Below, in pieces: positions 57,843 to 64,000 of a stretch of 64,000 bases of DNA. Every line of letters starts with the position of its first letter. Within the stretch, counting starts at the first letter, position 1. The notes beneath the pieces are model-generated. The model did not search any database. It saw nothing but the letters and a program-made list of their open reading frames with translations, and had not been told where the DNA came from. The position numbers and the translations under genes were made by a program. Source of the stretch: Monocercomonoides exilis PA203 (lineage: Eukaryota; Protista; Preaxostyla); contig LSRY02000001.1 in assembly GCA_001643675.2 (NCBI GenBank), forward strand, positions 1,240,001 to 1,304,000, given 5' to 3'.

Positions 57843-60800
57843 TCTTTAGAAAAATTGAACATTTTAACTTTTTTCCCACAATTCGTTTGTTTCACGTTCA
57901 TATTAATTATCGTCTCCATTCTCTTTTTTGATTGGATACCGAGAGCACACTCTCTAAGTGAATTGCATTTGAATGAACAAAGCAAAACAAATGATTCATT
58001 AATACATAAAAAGGTTTCATATGGATTTGATGGAAGTTCAATATTCACCAAGGCAAGTTCAAATGTTCATTCTCGCATTATTTTGAGCAACTCTTCACTT
58101 TTATTGTCCTTTGCCACACTTGACAAAGTGACTTCAACTCATTCACTTTTCATTGGAAGTTTATCAAGACTCGAAGTCAACCAATGCTCATTTCGTTTCC
58201 CAAATCAATCTGATGCTCCTTTCGTTCAATGCAGTGGTATTGCAATTTTGAAAAATCTGTCAATTCTCATTCCACCTGGCCATGTCCTCCTCTCCTCAAT
58301 AACTGAATCCACTTGCTCATCCGAAATTACACTAGAGCAATCAACAATTTCTGATATAGCTTTCATCAGAGATGAACCAGTTCTTTGTAAAGGAAGCTGT
58401 TTAACTCAAATGCTCGATAATTGCATTTTGACAAATGTATCCATCGCTCCTGTTTCATTTCTACCCAAATCTGAAATAAATCATTCAATAAACAGTCGGC
58501 TCGACAACTGCATGATCAAATCATATGAAAGCTGCACAAACGATGTTGCATTTCACCTTTTCGAACATCCACTGAACTTTTTTACTTTCAACTCTTCTTT
58601 TGAAAAGAATCACCGCTCTTCAAATAGGTTTGGTAATACCATAAGAGCAACAATACATGAATCGGCAACATATTCCCAGTGCGAGTGGAGAGAATGCAAT
58701 GCTCCTGATGGAGGAGCTATTTGCATCAGCAACAACACTGAGGCTTCGCTATCGATTACGGATTCTTTATTCATTGAGTGCACATCCTCAAACAATGGAG
58801 GTGCAATATTTGCACTTAATATAAAATCTATTATCATAAAGAGTTGCACGTTTGATTCTTGCTCAACGGAGAAAATTGGTTACTATTTTGGAGGAGGTAT
58901 TTATTACAATAATATTTTGTCATGCATTTTTAATGATACTATTTTTGAGAATTGTCAAGCAGGAAATGACGGAGGTGGAATGATGTTAATTGCATCTTAT
59001 CCAGAAAATGGAGCAGGCTTGGTGAATTCAATGTTTATTCGTTGCAGCTGCAATTCAGACGGAGATGGAACTGGTGGAGGCTTTGATCAATGCTCATCTT
59101 CTATCAATTTTCCAATCAGTAATTGCGGATTCTTTGAATGCCATTCAGAATACAGTGCAGGAGCTGTGATGCTTTATTTGAAACCGGATTGTGATTGGAT
59201 ACTTCTGTTTTTTTGCTTTTTTCACAATAACACAGCAAAAGTTGCTGGTAATGATATTGTGCTTCATGGATCAACAATGAATAATATTCATCCTTCATGC
59301 ATAACAACATCAACAACAAAGACAGTCAGTTTGTTTTGGAATAATAATACTGATAGAAGCAGTTGGTTAAAAAATGGTGGAAGTGTTCGCTTTGTGTCTT
59401 CTGCCGAATCACAGACAGAAGCAACAGATACAGCATTTTGTGGATTCTATGAAAGTCACCCATGCAGAACAATCAATCACTGCATTTCTCAGATGATCGA
59501 TGAAATTATTGAAGAAATAAGCGTGCTTTCAGGAGTAATTGTGGAGGAAAAAGAAATCGGAATTGGCGATAGAATGATAACCATTCATGGCTCTTCGTCT
59601 TCAGGATCATTCATCAATACGAGATTCAAAGAAGGTGATACAACTCTGTTTGGAGTTGATGGTGGTTCAGGAAACATCAGCGATTTGAGCATTCTCCATA
59701 ACACAGATTTTACCCCTGGAAGGAATGCCATATTGTTTGAAATTAGAGTGTGTGGAATATTCAATTTATCAGATTTGAACATCTCGATGAATGCTGCTCA
59801 TTCAAGAGAATGCTATCTGTTCAATTCCCTCATGAAACTGAATGGAGGACAAATGATTATGGAAAACGTGAAGTGGGATCAAACTTTCAGCGATGCATGC
59901 TTAATTGCACTTTCACAAAATGCAGAAACAATGTTGCTGATGAAAAACTGCACTTTTTCTGATATTGTGCGAATATCAGAGGGAGCCTCTCTTGTGAAAT
60001 CCAATTGCAGTTTGGTGGATCTGACAATGGAAGGATGCACAATTTCCAGATGCGGAAGCACAATATCGGAAAAGGGAGGAGTATTAGACCTTGAGGTTGG
60101 TGCTTCTGGATGTCTGAATGTTAAGGAAGGAGAAATTCACAACTGCTTTGCTTCAACCATCACAGGAAGAGGAGGTGGATTGTTTCTGACGATTTCAGAC
60201 GAAAGTGCAGCATATTCGATTACTGCCTCGTTCTCAGATAACGAAGCCAGATGGGGGAGCGATATGTTTGTGGATTCTGTTAATCTGAAATCCACAGCAA
60301 CTAAGGGGAAAATTTCATCTCTGACTGCTTCGAATGCAACCATCAATACAATTCGGGGGTTTGACGGAGGATACGAAAGAGTCAACATCCCGCTGTGTGT
60401 GTATCTGATTCCATCACCAAAAGATCTTGTCGTGAGCAACAAGGATAGTTTCGATCATTTGCACTGTGGATTTGTTGAGTTTCCTTGTTCGACTTTGAAG
60501 CACACCTTGGATAAACAAGAAGGAGAAAAAAAGGTTTGTGTAAGCGGGATGATAACGATGACAGATGAAGTGGAATTGGAAGTCTCCACATGCACCATTA
60601 GAGGACATGCTGAAGGGAGTGGATGGGTTATCGGGGATGATGCAAATGGTGTTGATTTATCATTGGTGAAAATTAAAGCAGATGCTCTTATTAGTCAGCT
60701 GCTGTTTTCTTTGCCTTCAGAATTGCAGTCGCACAAAGCATTCATTTCTGTGACATCGGCTGCAAAGCTGACAATGGAGAAATGCTCAATTTCAATGCAA

Positions 60801-63800
60801 AATACAGAAGCAGAGCTTTCCTTTGTGTTCATGGAAGCAACAAGCGGTTTTGTTAATATCACAAAGTTTGTCACAAATTCTATTTCATTGGCTGGCTTTC
60901 CTCTTATTTCACTGGGAGGAGCAAGCACTTTTGGAACAATCGATGCTTTGGAATTAACGGAGGTCTCTTCAAAAGCCGAGTGCGACTTAATGTGTGTTGG
61001 AAATGGGGCATCAATTACTGTGAGTAATTCAAAAATATGTGAAGCGGAAGTCCCTCTGTCGGATCAGTTGTCCTCCTTTCGCTCTCTTTCTGCAATCGGT
61101 GGGAAGGCTGTGTCACTAAAGAACTGCTCTTTTCTTGGATTCTCTTCATTTGGAAAGAATGGAGGAGCAGTTGAATGCGTGCTGGAAAGCGGATGCTCAT
61201 TCGAAGTTATTGGTGGTTTGTTCGAGAATAGCAGATGCACTGGTGGAAATGGAGGTGGAGTGTTTGTTGAGATGAAAGAAGGATCATGGTTCAGCGTTGG
61301 AAATGTGTCAGACACTGAGACAAAAAATGAAGAGGATTCTGATAGCGGAAGAAATGGAGTAACAGAATTGAAGAACTGCGATTCAGCAAGGAGCGAGGAG
61401 GGAAATGGAGGTAATGGAGGAGGACTATACTTGTTGTTGGTTGGGAGTTCTTCAAATTTCATTCTGAAAGAAGTGATGTTTGAAGAATGCCATGCCAATG
61501 CAGGTCAGAATGTGTTTGTGAGTTCAGAGGATCTTTCTCCTGTGATTAACAAAAATACACTGGAATTTAATTTTGATTTGAATGATTTAACTCAGTTGTG
61601 TGGATGTGAAAGAGGAACAACAAGTGAAGATTGTGTAATTCCACTTGTTTTATATTTTTGGACAAACATGTCAAAGGAAGCACATGCTGGTGGGAACAAA
61701 AGTGGGGATATCGCAATATGCGGATTTGCCGAATATCCATGTGCAACAATTGAGAAGGCTCTGAAAAGGCTTGGTGAAAGTGATGAAAAGAAAATTGTTG
61801 TGAGAGGGTATTCCGAAATGAGGAGTGAAGTTGGATTGGATGGATCATCAACATTGACATCAGGAAATGATGAGGTTGCCTCAATTGCATTCTCTCCGAA
61901 TATGAAAGGTTTGGAAAGGAAGGCTGTTTGGTGTCACGGCAATCTCTGTATTGAGAAGATTGAACTGCAAATACCTCTGAGTTTTGAAAACGGTGCAGAT
62001 GTACTCATTTTCTTTGATACGTCAGATGGAAATGCGAACATGAAAGAGTGTTGCTTTGAGGTGGCGAGTTCAGAAAGTGGATATCTTGATTATTCTCTGC
62101 TTTATGCTCCAAAAGGAAACGTTTTTATTTGCAGCTCAAGAATTACCAATCTGAAGTCACAAAAGGAACTGATCACTATCACAACATTTTCTCAAATCGA
62201 TTTATGGAATGCAACAGTGAGAGATGTGGAGTTGAAAGGAAAAAGTGTCATTTCCATTGAAGATGTGAGCCAGAAATGGAGAATTAAAGATAACGTTGAC
62301 AATGAATGGAATATCATTGTCATCAAGTGTTCATTCGAACATATAAAGCAGAATAGATCTCAATACCCGTCGCTGATCGAATGGTCAGGAAACGGTGATG
62401 CAAAGATGAAGATAGAAAACTCAACAATGACAGACTGCGGGTCTGAAGCTTCCAGCAAAGGAGGAGGAATTCTGTTCTGTCTGAGCGAAGGAGGACGGAT
62501 GGAATGTGTGAATTCTCTTGTGCTGAGCTGTTTCTGCTCATCTTCTGGAAGAGGAGGCGGTCTGTATTTGAAAAGCTCATACGAAGGCGAGATGAAGCTG
62601 CCTTTCATTCTTTCAGATGTGACATTTCTCGGAAACAAGGCTTTTCGCGGGAGAGATGTGTATGTGCAGTGCCAAACAATTCAAAAGCAGGTTGGAGAAG
62701 AGCAGTTTATGTTGGATTTCAGATCACCCTTTGTGAAGGATCTGGCAATGTGGGGATGCTCAGAAGGTGGATATGCGACAGAGGAAGATTTGCTGCTGTT
62801 GGTCGTTATATATCGAAGTGAAACAATCTTTGTTTCAGGCGCAACGATCAACAGTTCGAACACAAAGCAATGCGGCGAGATTGCTTCACCATGCTCATCT
62901 CTGGATGTGGGTGCTCGCCACGTGATCGGAAGCCAATATTCACAGATTCTTGTGGAAAAAAGCACCACTCTGGAGAATGAGCTTGTTCTGAGAAGCGTTT
63001 CTGTAAAATCATTCAACAGCGAAATAAGCGCATCTGTGATAGTCGAAGGACTAATTGGAGGAAATGCGAAAAGTGTAATATCTGTGAAACAAAGCATCAC
63101 ATTCGAGCGAATTTGCTTCAATTTTGGAGAAATAATGAAAAGCGAACACAAATCCCTGATTCTTGCTGAAGACGGACGACTGAGACTGTATGTCGTTGAG
63201 TTCAGAAGAAAAGAATCCGAAAAATTTGTAGTTAAACCAGATGTTCCATTTTCTCTAGTTGAAGCAAAAGGTGGAAGCATCACATTCGACAGTTGCACGG
63301 TTTCTGATTTGTCTTTTCAGAATTGTCTGTTCCACTTTGCTGAAGTCAAAGAAATAAAGATGAGCGAATTGAATGCATCAAAGGTGATTGCGAAAAGAAG
63401 CATCATTGAATGCACTGAATGCGAAAGTGTGATGATTTCAAAGCAAAATGTTAATGAAGTGGATGTTGAGAGAGGAAGCTGGATGGAGTTGGCAGATTGT
63501 GAAAGCGGAACAGTCAATGTTTCGTTGGTTGAAATCAAAAACATAACAAATCAAGCAGACATATCAAGCGGAATGCACTTCAAGTCAACTTCATCGATGG
63601 TTGAACTCTCAAATTGCTCATTTGTGGGATGCAAGATTAATTCACATATCGGCAAAGCGATGATGATTGCCCAATGCAACAATGTTTTCATCAGTTCGTG
63701 CATATTAGATGGAGAAGCAAATTCAGGAGAAGAAAGAAAAACAAATGAGGAGAAGCTGTGCAGATGGAACGGTTCGCTCTTGGACACAAGCAGAAGCAAT

Positions 63801-64000
63801 GTTGTGATGAGGGATACAATCATCACAAATTCGTCAGTTGGCGGTCTGTCAATATCAAGTGGGAGCATGAAAATCGTGAAGGGAGAATTTATAGAGAACA
63901 ACCCGTCAATTGCAAATTACCCATCCGCTCGAAGAAATATTATGTGCAATGAATCTGGGATGTTGCACATTCAGAGCTTGAAAGATGGGGATGGATTGAA
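57843..64000 (+). CDS. Large beta-helix surface/receptor protein, >2050 codons, 3'-partial, absent from the ORF track
   Basis: Frame open from 57843 to window end (spot translation; no stop-terminated ORF in this frame in the track); signal-like ILIIVSILFF; DGGAIC, NGGAIF; CGFYESHPC, CGFVEFPC, CGFAEYPC, CGEIASPC; ends in CRWNGSLL...YPSARRNIMC...SLKDGDG. Start codon unresolved. Confidence 0.88.

Noticed and set aside
1-64000. CRISPR array, rRNA or complete tRNA genes
   Set aside because: No repeat-spacer periodicity, rRNA signature or full cloverleaf was seen.

Overview
AT-rich eukaryotic protist DNA with short GT-AG introns and the standard genetic code. The gene families strongly resemble those of the oxymonad Monocercomonoides exilis (inference from recall, not searched). 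The window holds: (i) four very large intronless beta-helix-type surface/receptor genes, one with a C-terminal pseudokinase and one running off the window end and missing from the ORF track, plus a decayed fifth; (ii) five paralogs of a three-exon helical 'FSELEDC' family, four of them broken; (iii) a compact block of intron-rich genes (LRR protein, COMMD4, NAP1/SET); (iv) a set of pogo-type DD35D transposons. The transposon set is one intact intron-containing element, two decayed elements and two families of non-coding foldback elements with ~345-bp and 773-bp inverted arms, with flanking TA at all but one identified end. The most unusual signals are the foldback elements that are mirrored except at their extreme termini, a shared 18-19-bp tandem repeat marking the 5' end of every element, and a foldback element joining two convergent truncated paralogs.
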